The notes under the pieces are model-generated. The model was not told where the DNA came from, did no database searches, and worked only from the letters and a program-made list of their open reading frames with translations. The position numbers and the translations under genes are program-made. Below, piece after piece: positions 38,034 to 52,017 of a stretch of DNA of 64,000 nt (position 1 is the stretch's first letter; each line of letters begins with the position of its first letter). The stretch comes from Lingula anatina. Taxonomy: Eukaryota > Animalia > Brachiopoda. The DNA is taken from assembly GCA_051362555.1 (NCBI GenBank), contig CM120641.1, forward strand, positions 19,406,001 to 19,470,000, in the 5' to 3' direction.

Positions 38034-39890
38034 CATGACTAATACCATTTGTCTTGCCAAAATTGGTACCCCACAGGCAGTTTGCTCTTTTGATAACTGT
38101 TAAATTAAATGTCTGATTTATGTTCAAAAGGGACAAAAAAAGATAATTTACTAATTGAAATACTAAACACTATCTGAGAGTTTTGATGACTTAAACTGGT
38201 GACACTTATCTAGTCATGCCGCTTTACGGGACGTTAACATCATTCATTGGCAAGTTAGGCTAAACGTGGCATTTTAAAATCATAAGAGTTTTCTCGAGCC
38301 TATATACTTACAGAAACAACTGCGTGAACATGTAATATGTTATCAACATCAGTGCTCTACCCTATGTTTTCACATCTGACACATACTCATAAGCAATTTC
38401 AATACCCATTAAAATGGACTTTTCAGCAAAACATGCAAATTTGAATGAGAGAAAGTTTTGATATCTATTTTTTTTTTCTTGTCTTTTTGCCCCTTTATGA
38501 AGGTATTATTGAGTGACTAGTTGTGTAGTTAAGGTCGAGTACTATTAATATGAATAAAGGAAGAGGTGCATTTCACTTGCTGAAGTGTCCAAAAATAAAA
38601 TTGAATGAATTAAAAGTTGTATTCAATTTTTTAAAACGTGTATGGAACAAAAATCCATGGCTGTCTCAATTTAAATTCAATTTTCATTTTTACCATGTCC
38701 CAGACAGCCTCAGTGATCTGGCCCACGTCTGGCCCACATCTGGCAACGTCTGGCAATGTCTGGCAAAAGGTATGGCCCACGTATGGCTTGCCACATGTGG
38801 GCCAGATGTGGCAATGTTTGGGCCAGATCTGGCCCAGACATTGCCACATCTGGCCCAGTCCACATTTGCTCATGTGGCCAGATGTCGGCCCAGATCTGGC
38901 AATATCTGGCAAAGGTATGGCATGCCAGATGTGGGCCAGATTATATTCAAATGGGCCAGATTAGGGCCAGACATGGACCACATATGGCCAAGATTGTTTT
39001 TTTTTTATTATTTCACATTTGCTCATGTGGCCAGATGTCGGCCCAGATCTGGCAATATCTGGCAAAGGTATGGCATGCGGGATGTGGACCAGAAGTGGGC
39101 CAGATTAGGACCGGACATGGACCACATATGGCTCCGATTGTTTTTTTTTTTCTTTTTTTAAATTATTTTTAATTATTCAATAAGATTACTATAAAAAAAG
39201 ACACAAGATTCAAGATTCAAGTATTTATTCTGTGCTAAAACCCTAAACAAAATTATTACACATTATATAACCTTGCTGGCAACTAACATGTAACAAATTA
39301 AGGGCCACTCCTTGTCTATTTGTACAAAACAATGTATGTTTGAAACAAAAAAAAAAAAAAAAAAAAAACTACACTGCAAAGGCAAATATACAGACACTTA
39401 ACAGGAGGAAATGTCACTTACATACATGTTAAGAAAACAGTTATAACAACAATTTTTTTTTCAACACAAAGCTGCTCATCGAATCTGAATTAACACAAAT
39501 TACAAAAATTGTAATTAATTATGCATGTACATGGAGGGGGGGGGGGAGGGGTTTGAGGGGGAAATATTTTTGCACACCTCAACCTAAATATATTATACAT
39601 TGTCATTTTTCAACTAATTCAAACATATCATTAATAATAATAATCACTAATGAATATAGTTTTGTAATGAATAAATCTTGAATAATGAATGAAAAAACAT
39701 TGTTTTTTAGATGATGGAGAGTTATAACAAAATTATAAATAACCATGCAGTAACTGTTTCAATTCAACTTGCATGCTGGCTACAGTACTGTACATACATG
39801 TAAATTCTGAAAAAAAAAATATGTATACTCCAGCACAGATATAGATGTACAATTAAAAGAGAATTACATGTGCACAAAAACAAACCCCAG

Positions 39891-41353
39891 TATCAATGCT
39901 TTTGAATTAAATCACATCACGAATCAAATCACTCAATGAATTGAACCAGTTTGCAATGCTTGCGCTTTTTTCAAATCCATAACACTAAGAAATGATACAT
40001 CCGGCTCCTTGACAAGCTTCTAATTATTAAAGGAATCAACAATGGAACAAGTAACTCTACCAAGTTAACAAAAGTTCATTCAAATGTCAAGTAAAAACAC
40101 AACATCCCTTCCTTTCTTAGAGAGAGAGAAACGGTCCTTTCAAAACATGTTAATTAACAGTTCAGTCTTTAAAATGTCTTTTCAAACATTTGCAGAATAG
40201 CATATGAACTCCAACTTTTATTCCTTAAACCACACTGAAAATTCTCAAAACTAATCAACTCATATCAAATCCCATGTCCTTTCACTACTACTGGTCTCTT
40301 CCTTTGCTTGCCTTTACGTCACATTCAAATGTTCCCTTTACTTTTAAAGGTTTCTCAGACGTGTATGAATAATACTGTTTGTTTTCTGGTCCTCCACAAG
40401 AGCCACATTTATTTTTCTTGGATTTTAGCATTCTCCATGTATTTTCATCAATGATATTACAATATGCACCTGAATCTGGTAATACACTGAGATTAACACC
40501 TCCTCTATTTCCTCCATGTCTTCTGATAATATTGCATTGGTTCCCACACCAAATGTATATGCACTCCTGGATTATCATGTTCAAAGCTGTCATTTTCATG
40601 AATAATAGTTTCAGTTTTGCAGACTTTTGCAAAGTGATCCAACGTTCCATGTTTTCTCAGTCAGGGAGTTTCTACTTCGTTTTTCATGTCTAAACTCGTA
40701 ATGTTTAGACTGGCTTGGTTTGTCAAATGACTTCGGTTTCATCATACTCACAGTTTCTGGTGTTCCAATTTCATTCAAAGCGTTAACTGTCTTATGTATA
40801 TTCATGTTTCTAACCTGTGTTTGGGAGAGTCCCGAAAATATCTTGTACACCTGTCCCTGCTGAATACAACAAGCGCGCGTCTCCTCTGTCATGTATTTTT
40901 AATTTTCTATCTTTGTTCATTATTCATGCCGTCCGTTGGTTTTGAAAAGATCAATCTTTTCCGTCAGCGAAGAGGTTAAAACTGTCTAGCCATCGCATCG
41001 AGCGTGACCCTAATGATAGTAATGTCTCCGGACTTCTGTACGGTTCGAATTCCGTAATTTCACATTTTTCCTCCATTTTTTCAAAGAAAGTTGGCTCACA
41101 GTTTTGCACTAGTGTTAATCCTCGTCGCCAGTGTTGATGCCTTCGAAATAAATCGCATCACGAATCAAATCACTCAACGAATTGTATCAGTTTGATACGC
41201 TTGTGCTTTTTTCATATCCATAACTCTAAGAAACGCTACATCCGGGTCCTTGACTGGCTTAGCATAAAAAGCGGAATCTTACAACAGCGGAACGAGTAGT
41301 TCAAAAAAGTTTTAGAACAGTGAATTCATTCAAATGTCAAGTCAAATTAAACA
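39891..41353 (-). mobile_element. Internally deleted Ty3/Gypsy (Mag-like) LTR retrotransposon relic
   Basis: Diverged ~215-bp LTRs at 39891-40104 and 41132-41353; PBS TGGCGACGAGGAT (41130-41118), complementary to the 3' end of tRNA-Ser(GCU); polypurine tract AAGAAAGGAAGGGA next to the 3' LTR; decayed gag zinc knuckle (LDHFAKVCK) and protease (VLPDSGAYCNIID); no RT or integrase. Confidence 0.85.
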
Positions 41354-41487
41354 AATAGCACACTTATGAGGGGACTTTGAAGAAAAGAGATAGATATAAA
41401 TTAAATCAAAATTTATCAAATGACGTCAGTTCAATGCATTCAGCTCACTGGTCAAAAAAAAAAAAAAATAAAAATAAATAAATAGAA

Positions 41488-42974
41488 AACTAGAGGATCA
41501 GAGAGGCGATACCGCCTCCGAATATTGTACCACCAGCTGGAGCAAGCGCATTCGTATAGACCCCCACATATACAAAATAAGGAACACAGCCACCAGTCTT
41601 GTGCTTGACAAGCTGTAAAAATGCAATCAACAAGAATTTTCAAAATATGCAAAAAATATATATATTACTAAAAATGGTACAATCAAAGTTAAGTTCAAGT
41701 TAAGGTAGGTCAAAGGTCAATTCCAAGGTCACAGTAAATTGCCAGTATATGACTTCCTATTCAACTTCAATAGTAACTATGGGCCTATATCTGCCAGGTT
41801 TGGAGTTAAAAGAGAAAGAAATTAGCAGAGTTCAGTTCATGATAATAAGTAGGTCAAAGGTCAATTTCAAGGTCACACTTAGATTGCCAGTATATGACTT
41901 CCTATTCACGTTCAATAGTAACTATGGACCTATCTCTGCCAGTTTTGGAGATAAAGGGGAAGCAAAATATGCAAAGTTCAGTTCATGGTGAAAAGTAGGT
42001 CAAAGGTCAATTTTAAGGTCACATGTAGATTGCCAGTATATGACTTCCTATTCACCTTCAATAGTAACTATGGACCTATCTCTGCCAGTTTTGGAGATAA
42101 AAGGGAAGCAAAATTTGCAAAGTTCAGTTCATGGTGAAAAGTAGGTCAAAGGTCAATTTTAAGGTCACATGAAGATTGCCAGTATATGACTTCCTATTCA
42201 ACTTCAATAGTAACTATGGACCTATCTCTGCCAGTTTTGGAGATATAAGGGACTAAATGTTATAATTTTGGAGTTACCATAATGTGCCATAAATTTCCTA
42301 CAGAAAAAATTAATTAAAATAAAGAAAAGGTCATTTAAGTCAAAATTCTTGAAATGGGAGGTGCTCTGAAGTTCCAGATGTTCAAATTTGATTAAATAAT
42401 GTCATTTTTGACCACAAGTTGTCTGCTTTGCCAAGCCTTATGTTTTATTTTTCCAGAGTTCAAAATTTATTATCCATTACCGTACTGCACATTTTGCTTT
42501 CACCACCAATATGTACTTTTTGATACAGCGTAACTCGAAAACCGTATGGAATACAAAAAAACGGAGACCACCTCCAGTGAAATAAAGGTCAAAGGTCAAA
42601 TCGAAGGGCATATTTGAAATCTACACATATGACTTTTGGAAAGCTGTCTGTAGAAATTTTTCCCATAATTCCTTCCGTAGGGGAGATAATTAGCATTTAA
42701 TTTTGCCATTTTTGGACAAGGGTGCATTGCAATGAGTGCCACACCTAGACCCCATTACCGACAAAGCCCAAATTTTACGTGGAACGAGTTGAGATTATAG
42801 GTGACCTAAATCCAAGAGATGGGTATGGATGCCATTACCGTCTAGGAGGAGAAGCGGTAACGGTGACTTGGCGGCGGAGCCGCAGGAGCCGGCGGAGCTG
42901 GCGGAGCCGGCGGAACATACGGGTCGGGACTAAAACCATGTGTACCGCCAGCGCCTACGCTGGTGGTACAATAA
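41488..42974 (-). mobile_element. Non-autonomous Helentron-like (HINE/DINE-type) element with about 4 copies of a 146-bp repeat
   Basis: AACTAG terminus; terminal hairpin ACCGCCAGCG-CCTA-CGCTGGTGGT; GC-rich microsatellite (GGCGGAGCC)n; repeat units start at ~41707, 41851, 41997, 42143; near-identical to 53576-56624 in opposite orientation. Confidence 0.8.
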
Positions 42975-43964
42975 AAATTGAAAATGAAAGTACCATATCT
43001 GGCCCAAGTCTGGGCAGCATCTGGCAAAATGTGGCATAAATGCCAGACTTTGCCAGACTTGGCCCAGATCTGGCAAGTGTCTGGCAAAATGTTGCATAAA
43101 TGCCAGACTTTGCCAGACTTGGCCCAGATATGGCAAGTGTCTGGCAAAATCTGGCCCAGATATTGCCAGACGTTGCCAGATCTGGGCCAGACGTGGGCCA
43201 GATTACTGAGGCTGTCTGGGGTCTTTATGTTACGCAAAGAGCCCTATATTGATAATGTATGGAAACGTATGGTAATGTATGTTCCAGGTCATTTAATGTT
43301 AATTTTTATAACGATATATTTTGTAGTGATTCAGTCATGGTAAATTATATTTGATATATTGATGTAGTTTGGTGTGTAAAGTCCATGATCCAATGATTGT
43401 ACAATAAATATTCTTTCTTTGCGCTTTATAAATAATCAAAGTTTCTTTCGGAAACTCTGCTTTCCAATTTAAGTGTGTCTATATGGCTTCTTTTCCTAGT
43501 TTTTGTGGGATGTATCTTCTGGACCCTGTTCCACGTCGAGCGTATGTACATGTACTGGGCGTACCGCTATCAAGCTCTGCTGCTACTGTACTAGCTGTTG
43601 TAATTTAATTCCCGCGATTTTAGTACTGTAGGTCACCACAAAATCTCATTGGATATCGCGAGATAAAGGGTTGCCCGTTTGTAAAAAGCTCTGTACCTGT
43701 ACAATAAACCGAACTTATAAGAGAAAACCTTTGACTATAGTACTGAATGTCGGAACAGATTAATTTACCATTGGTAAGTATCAGAAAATCGCCGTTTACC
43801 CCAGGAAAATCCATTTTTGGTCGAAATGAACAGCTGTTAATGAGTGTTATCTATATAAAATTTGTTGTTTAATCTTACGTGGTCATGGAAAAGGTTATCT
43901 TGTAGACTTTGAACTGTGGTTTACGAGTCGGGGTAGTCCGCGTATACAGCGGTCGGGGTACGAT

Positions 43965-44187
43965 ATGCTCCGGAGAATTAGTAGCTTGGTCGGTAAGTAC
44001 TGAGTAGTAAAAGGAAATGTTAACGTTAAACCTTGAGATTAAAGATCATAAAAGATAGTAAAATACTTTAATGTCATTGTAAAGTTAAAGCGGGGCTAGA
44101 TAAAAAAAATGTAATAAAAAAATCATAGGACACATCACAGGCCTGTTATTCAGGGTGGGCCTTTTCTCAGGTGGGCCTGTTCCTTTA

Positions 44188-44222
<35 letters not shown>

Positions 44223-45371
44223 GTACATGCAACTTCTGATCTAGGCAAAAACTACCTTTATTCTTACAGTTATAGGGAACATTCCCAAAAAGCCATCATA
44301 CAAGCTGGCATGGATCAGTTTAACTCTGCAGGGATTTTGGCTAAATTGCACTCAGGTTTACAAGTGGCTTAAATGTCTGGCATGCCTGCTCAAGGCTTAG
44401 CTCTACTGGGAAATTAACAATAGTCACTTGAGGGGGCGTGCCAGACAATTTGACTGGGTTCCCATGCCTAGATCGATCCATCTGGATCAGTCTAAGGCTG
44501 CGTTCACATGAAAAATCTATTTTCTAAAAATCTATTTGCGGTATCTTGTGATCACAGTCTGTGCCCTGAGTACCCCACGGTGTTATTACGGGCAGCGCGA
44601 GCAAAGCTGTAATTAATTCTCACCAGCAAATTCAAAAGAGGGGTTCTTTTTCTGAAAAAGTGGACCTTTTACAATGAAACTTATGTGTACCTAGATCAAA
44701 TTTTATCCAAAATGGACCTTTTCCTGACAAAAGGGGCGGTTCTTTTGAACCCCCCGAAACCCCCCCCTGGCTACGGACCTGCACAATATCATAAGTAAAT
44801 GTGAGTGCATTCAGAACAGTGGACTAACAGATCTGCCAATAAAATATGACCAACTCACTTGAATGCTTGTTGTGCAATCCCGCAGGGAATCTATGAGTGG
44901 CTGATCGGGAATTAAGCAGCAAGCTTTTTAGTGGGTCATCACATTTGATCTGCAGATCTGTTAGTCTGCTGTTTTGAATGCGCTCCTTGTTAGCAATATC
45001 TTGCTAATGATAATTAACTGCCCTGGCTTTAAGGGGACTTTGGAACATATGCTTCTAGGACATGGACTGACAAAACGAAAGACATGCTGTTAGTAAAGAG
45101 GTGATTGAGTTTATAATTATGCCTTCAGAATATTGGTGGCAAATACCCAGTATAACATGCTATCAGAATGCATCGTTTTATTATTGATGATCATTTCAAT
45201 ATTTAGGAAAAGGACATATTCAGCTTAACAGTGTGTACACAAATGCAACTCCCAAAGCTTTCTTATCATCATGCAAGCACATGATGGATGTGCCAAAGAT
45301 TCATGCAGTGCCTGGCAGGGTTTTGATGGACGAGAAGGTATATATACTGGTATTTGTACCCCCCTCCCCCT

Positions 45372-45405
<34 letters not shown>

Positions 45406-48400
45406 AAAAAAAGTACCTATTGTGTCAGGGATACATCATACTGAATGGTACAAAACTTTAACCAGATAACCAAATTAAGACTGAAAATTATTTAATATAC
45501 TGGGCACAAATATACAAACGCCATGGTACATGTGTGAGTTGTGATATTTAGGCTGTCACCTATACCTGGGCTTCCTCTGAACTAAAGTATTATAGTCACT
45601 TGCCATGTGTATGCTAGTACCTGTCCAGTATGTTATTTACCATTCTGTAATTGTTTAAAAACTACAACTAGCGGAGTTAAATAAACCATTTGGTACAAAA
45701 TTTAATTTATAAGAGTTTTTGTTAAAACAAATTTGTTAACAGGAAACCATTTTCATTCCTCTGATAGCAATCACCATCTAGCTAACTTCAAAAAAGATCT
45801 ACCAACAAAGATAAACAAGTTTTAACAGATGATGAAACTTGTGACCCATGATCCTTAGAATAGCATTGTAACAATCAATGTTCAGTCCTTTTTTTTCTTA
45901 TGGATATTGTTTACTACGAATACAGGTAAAGCTCCCTATTCAACCATTTACCTGTCTACCAATTGACAATCTGTTATTTATTTTGTGCAATTTAGGTTGA
46001 ACTTCAAATCGAAGGTCTGAAGCCTGGTGCTGCTGTCACAGCGAAGTCATTCCTGGAGGAGAAGGGGATGAAGTTTGGAGCTTATGCACATTTTATTGCC
46101 AACAGTAATGGAGAAGTGAACACTGCCACATCTCCATCTCTAGGTGGATCATACACAGGTATAGACATTTTGAAAGCAGAATGATTTACTGCCTTTAGTT
46201 AGCATTGTCCTATAACTACTCCAAGGTATTTGAGTAGAAAAGTTAAATTAATTATTTTTGTATTTGCTTTTTTTTTGCAAGGGACAGATGCAATGGGATT
46301 ATATTGGAGTATGGTACCAGAGCCTGGTCAACGAGATGGATTGAGACTGATGAAGAAGGATGTTACAACACCCTACAATGTACATATATCATTGCTCAGT
46401 GGGCACATTGACCCATACTCTCCCAACAACAACAAAGTTCAGGTCCCAGTAGCTGAGACTTATGTTGAAAGACTTTATATGGCTGATAATGTGGAAAGAA
46501 TACCAGTTAGAGAAGGAGCTTTACGTGGAGCGCTCTTTGTACCAAAAGGTACATTGTTTCAGTTGTTTGAATTGTTTTTCATTTTCTGTCAAAAAAATAG
46601 TCCTTAAAAATCAGCCTTTGTTGAATTCTTAATACATTTATTTCTTCATTTGTTTTGTTTTTTAAGCCACAGTAGTTTCTGTACATATTGTCTTCACCTG
46701 AGTCTGTCCACAGAGCTGAAGGTGTTGCCATTTTGTTATTTTCTTATTTGATTTGTATCCTTTAGGCCCTGGTACTTTCCCAGGTGTGATGGACCTGTTT
46801 GGATCAGGAGGTGGCTTGATAGAACACAGAGCTGCACTGCTGGCATCAAGGGGATTTGTTGTGTTAGCATTGGCATATTTCTCCTATGAAGATTTACCAG
46901 ATGATTTTTTAGATGTGGACTTAGCTTATTTCAAGGTATATTACAACAATTCTTGGTAGTTGTTTCCAGCAATGAAATTTTCACAGTATTAAAATATTAT
47001 TGTACCACCAACATGAACACTAGGATACAAATGGCAGTGACATATGGTTTTACCCGCGGTCCCTCCCTTCGCCTGGTTCTGCAGCATGTCCAGCTGGAGA
47101 GCATTCACATCGAGAAGAGCCGAGGTCTAGCAAGGCCGAGACCTAAATATGGCGGACCTACATGAAAGGAAGACTGCCTAATCCTTTAATGGTCTCTCTA
47201 CCTCTCACATGGCTCCCCATGTGTCGTCTTCAACCAGTTGAATTGAGCCGAGAATTTATTAGTGTGCCCCTGCAGGGACGACACGCGGGGAGGCATGTGA
47301 GAGGCGGAGAGACAATTCACCACTCTCATTCAGAATTGAAGGAAACCCTGCTTATGACAATATTTCATAATATTTTGGTAATATTACAGTGTAGTTTTTA
47401 TTATAGCAAGAGTATATTTTAAATTTTTATGTACAGACACAGGTGTGTCTGTACATATAGCCGTCATCTGCGTCTGTCGTCGCCGTCGTTGCCGTCGTCG
47501 CCGTGCACTTTTACCGATAACACGATAAGTGGAAAACTGTTTTTTCTTTTTGTTTGAAACTTACAGAACTGATGAATATTCATAATACGCAGGTCGAGTT
47601 CGAAAATCAGCATGATCGGGTCACTTATATGGAATTTATGCTGTTTTTTCACTTTTTTCAGCATATATGCAGCACTGATAACACGATAAGTGGAAAACCA
47701 TTTTACCTTTTGGCTTGAAACTTACAGAACTGATGAATATACATAATACAGAGATCAAGTTCGAAAATCAGCGTGATTGGATCATTTTTAGTGAATTTAG
47801 GCTATTTTTTCTCTTTTTTCAGCATATGTGCAGCACCGATAACATGATAAGTGGAAAACCATTTTACCTTTTGGCTTGAAACTTACAGAACTGATAAATA
47901 TTCATAATACGCAGGTCAAGTTCGAAAATCAGCACGATCGGGTCACTTATAGGGAATTTATGCTGTTTTTTCACTTTTTTCAGTATATATGCAACACTGA
48001 TAACACAATATAAGAAAAACAGATTGGCCAATTGTCATTATACTCACAGGAGGGGCCAATCTTACTAAAACGCAGGTTGAGTTTGAAAATCAGCATAATC
48101 AGTTCATTATTTTAGAAGTTATGCTGTTTTTTCACATTTCCTCACATTCAATTCTTAGGCATGTTAACAGTCTCATTATTGAACTAATAAGATACGTAAA
48201 AGTGTTTGTTTGACATTTCCTGCATCTTTACAACATTGTTAGTTGATTTTTTAAAAATGATGGTAAACTTGTTATCATGTATTGTGTAATAAAGTGTCAA
48301 AAATGGAAATAAACTCATATCATTGCAGTTTGTCAGATGCATTCATCCACTATGTTCAGAATCTCAGAATGGAGGAAGTTGGACATTTAACACTGTTCTA

Positions 48401-49963
48401 TTGATACTTTTCCCATCTCATCAATTTTCTTCATTGGTCATATAAAAATGGCAGTAAACTGTTTATTTTGTTTTATGTTAAAAAAGTGTTAAAAATGGAA
48501 ATAAACCCATTTCAGAACAGTGCTGTCTTGTTTACATTTTGGCATTTTCAATATGTGACTTTGAAGTTCCATGGGCCTGAAGACTTTTGCTTGTCACATT
48601 TTCTGAATAACTATGATGCTAATATTTTATAATTACAAATTGATGGTCATTATGCTGTAAAACATTATGTAATATTCCATCAAAATTTGAAGAAACCCCT
48701 ATTTTGGGCACTGCTCCCATGATGACCATTTAAGGAAAATCATGTCACTTACTGTTCTCAAACTTACAGGAAAGAAACATGGGACTAAAATACATCTTCA
48801 GTAGGCAATGCAGTCTGTTTGGTAAATTTTTCTGGCAATTAAACAGTTTTTTGTGAAAATTTAATTTTTCACATATTGGCATTTCCAAGGTGTGACTTAG
48901 AACCTCCACGGGCTTGAAGACCCATGCTAGTCACATTTTGTGAAAATTCATGACACTTATATTTTATTATTAAAAATCGATGGTCATTATGCTGTTAAGC
49001 ATTATGTAATGTTGCATCAAAATAGAAGAAAACACAATTTTTGGTGCTGCTGCCTTGATGACCATTATGGGAAAACCGTGTTACTTATGACTGTCAAACT
49101 TTCAAAAAAGAAACACAGGACTAAAATGCAGCCTGAGTTAGAAAAGCAGTCTAATTGGCTTCTTTTTCTGGAAGTTATACATTTTAGTGTAATATTTATT
49201 ATCTTTTTGGCATATTCATTGTGGGACTCGGAGCTCCCATGGACATGAAGCCAAATGGTAATCATATTTTCTACATGTCCATCCTATTTATATTCAATAA
49301 ACAAAAATTGGTGATAATTATTCTCTAATTTATTATGTAATGTTACATCAAAATTGACAACAATCTTTTTGCACTGCTACTGCAAACATTATGAAAAGAA
49401 AACTGTGCCACTTATTATAATTTTAAACTTACAAGTACGATTTTTAGGATTGGCCTTCAGCTCATGAGAAAACCAGCTCTATTGGATTATCATGTTTATT
49501 GTATTTATGCATTTTTTGTGAAATTTTCATTTTTCTCATTCTGGCACTTTCTAAGTATAAACTTGAACTCTGATGGGCCTGGAGCCTTATGCTTTTACTT
49601 TCGTCTGTGTGACCTGTTGTGCATAAGTTGATGTTGACTGTGCAGTTAAACATAATGTATTATTGCATCAGGATTGGTAGTCTCCTATTTTGGGCATTAT
49701 GGTTTTGTGCTTTTCTTAAGGTGTGACTTATGGGCCTGAAGACCTTTGAGTGGGTCAGTCTGTAAATTACCCTTGGGTATCACTAGATTAATTTCAGAGT
49801 TATAAAGTCATTTGCTTTAATAGGCCATTAAATGAGATTACATAAAGCACACTTGTTGATATTTCCCTGTAAACTCCCAAAGGTAAAGCTCTCTGCTAGA
49901 TTAATAATAAGGAAGCAGTGATAATTATGCAGGTAAATTTTGTTTAATATTGCAAATAAGTTT

Positions 49964-49994
<31 letters not shown>

Positions 49995-50708
49995 CAAACT
50001 GGAAGATTAAAAGTTTGAATAGCATCTTCATTGGAATTATATTTACCTCAAGCTCTGCCAAGGAGGTTATATTTTCACCCCTGTTTGTCTGTCATCCACA
50101 TAACACAAAAAAGTTATGGACTGATTTTGCAGAAATTTTCAGGAACTGTCGGAAGTGGGCCAAAGAGGACAATGATTAATTTTTGGTGGTGGTCCGGATC
50201 AATAATCAATCAATTATCAATAATAATCAACAATTGCTGCCTTGGCAGAGGTCTGCACTCTCAAAGTGCTTTTCTAGTTTTGTTATTTTCCTTTATAATT
50301 TTTTCTCAAACACTTGCATTTGTGACTTTTAACTCTCATCTGCCTGGGGCTCTGCACATTTTCTGTATTTCTACATAAGCAGTTGTATTGTTTTTTATGT
50401 CTTTAAACATTATGTAATATTATTTTATGCACTGTCATCATTTTTCAAATATTGAGACTTTCATAATGTGAATTTGAACTCTCATGGTCCTGAAACTGTA
50501 ATCTTATTGAAGGGGTGGATTGAGACCGTCTTCTGGGTCTTCCGGAAGACAGGTTATTAAGTTTATATTGACTGGTATCTATTTTTTTCTGTTGGAAGAC
50601 CATCAAAATGGAGGATGGATCAACATAGATTCTTTGTAATACTGTCAGAAAATATCTCTGGGTCTGCTCCTGTTATTGACCATGTTACCTGTTGTGCAAG
50701 ATTATTTT

Positions 50709-50741
<33 letters not shown>

Positions 50742-51948
50742 GCAGTTAAACAGTTTTTTGTGAAAATTTAATTTTTCACATATTGGCATTTACAAGGTGT
50801 GACTTTAAAGTTCCATGATCCTGAAGACTTTTGCTTGTCACATTTTCTGAATGTCCATGTTACTAATATTTTATTAATAACATTTGATTGTCATCATGCT
50901 GTTCAACATTATGTAATGTTGCATCAAAATTTGAAGAAACCCCTATTTTGGGCACTGCTCCTATGATGACCATTTAAGGGAAATCATGTCACTTACTGTT
51001 CTCAAACTTACAGGAAAGAAACATGGGTCTAACATACAGCTTCAATAGGCAATGCAGTCTGTTTGGTAAATTTTTCTGGCAATTTAACAGTTTTTTGTGA
51101 AAATTTAATTTTTCACTTATTTGCATCTTTATTTTCTGTTTTTTTGTCTGTACATTTGACAGCTTTGCTGCCTTGTTTTCCTTTTTTCTTTTCACTTGTC
51201 AAGGACTGTAATTTGAAACTTTTCAGTATATTAATCATGATTTAAAAACTCAGATTTTGTTTTCTAATTTTCTTTTTTTTTTTTTTAGAAAAGTAAAGTG
51301 CTTATTATTTTGCAATAAAAATGTGCCCATTTTATTTGGAAAAAGACTCCCACCCCCTCCCCCCTTTGAAATTGTTGGCTTCAGACTGAACTATTTTACC
51401 AGAAGCCATATGTTCTGTGAATCAAAATTGACCTTAAACCTAAAAAATGCACCAGAAAATGCACTTTGCACATTTTCATCTTTTTTATGTCCAAAACTAG
51501 ATGAGATTCACCCATAGTTACCATTCAACTTAATAAGGAATAATATTGAATCAGGAATTTTGCAAAATAGAACCCATTAATTGAACTTTATTCTCTTAAC
51601 AATTTCTTGTCAAGGCAGCCTCCTTATCAATAAGGGATTTTATGTATCTTCATTGCCAAAATTGCCTTTAACCAAGGTGTTTGTCATGTTTACACAATAT
51701 TTACGATGGTTATGTTTCACATGGTGATTGACAACAATATTAAAGCACACTTCATACAAAGGTTCTTTACATTATAATAAATTTGGGTATATATGTATTA
51801 CCATCCCAGCAAGCAAACGACATTGATTCTACGTTGATTCAATGTTGATCCAACAAAATTAACGTTGATTCAACGGTGAATCAATGTCGTTTGTCTGCTG
51901 GGATGTGCTATAGTGCTCTTGTTTAATATTAACAACTCTTTTCAACTG

Positions 51949-52017
<69 letters not shown>

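Larger units (their letters stand above)
38699..43220. mobile_element. Non-autonomous CMC/EnSpm (CACTA)-like DNA transposon, 4.5 kb, carrying nested insertions
   Basis: TIR CCCAGACAGCCTCAGT / ACTGAGGCTGTCTGGG; 2-bp GT TSD; arrays of 10-11-bp sub-terminal repeats (GCCAGATCTGG-like) at 38715-39135 and 42995-43205; no transposase ORF. Confidence 0.82.
47424..51923 (+). mobile_element. Large HINE-like element with 4 x ~161-bp repeats followed by degenerate ~335-bp repeats
   Basis: Starts TTTTTATGTACAGACAC-AG-GTGTGTCTGTACAT (hairpin) plus (GTC)n microsatellite; GATAACACGATAAGTGG units at ~47515, 47675, 47836, 47997; putative end GTGCTCTTGTT. The right boundary is inferred. Confidence 0.6.

Noticed and set aside
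41118-41130. Match to the tRNA-Ser 3' end including CCA as a tRNA gene
   Set aside because: Only 13 nt with no cloverleaf; it is the retrotransposon primer-binding site.
38550-43343. Trp/Gln/Pro-rich repetitive ORFs of 93-203 aa (38550-39172, 42842-43343)
   Set aside because: They are translations of stop-poor 10-11-bp sub-terminal repeats of the CACTA-like element.
45040-45110. Possible alternative first exon (…GTAAAGAG|GTGATT), conserved at ~62440-62500
   Set aside because: Its ATGs are out of frame with exon 2, the donor is weak, and recent duplication explains the conservation. A non-coding use cannot be excluded without RNA data.
44190-45402. Long poly-C tracts (44190-44220, 45373-45402) as G-quadruplex regulators
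   Set aside because: Such homopolymers are scattered through the window, often in MITE ends, and their lengths are unreliable in assemblies; there is no specific evidence of function.
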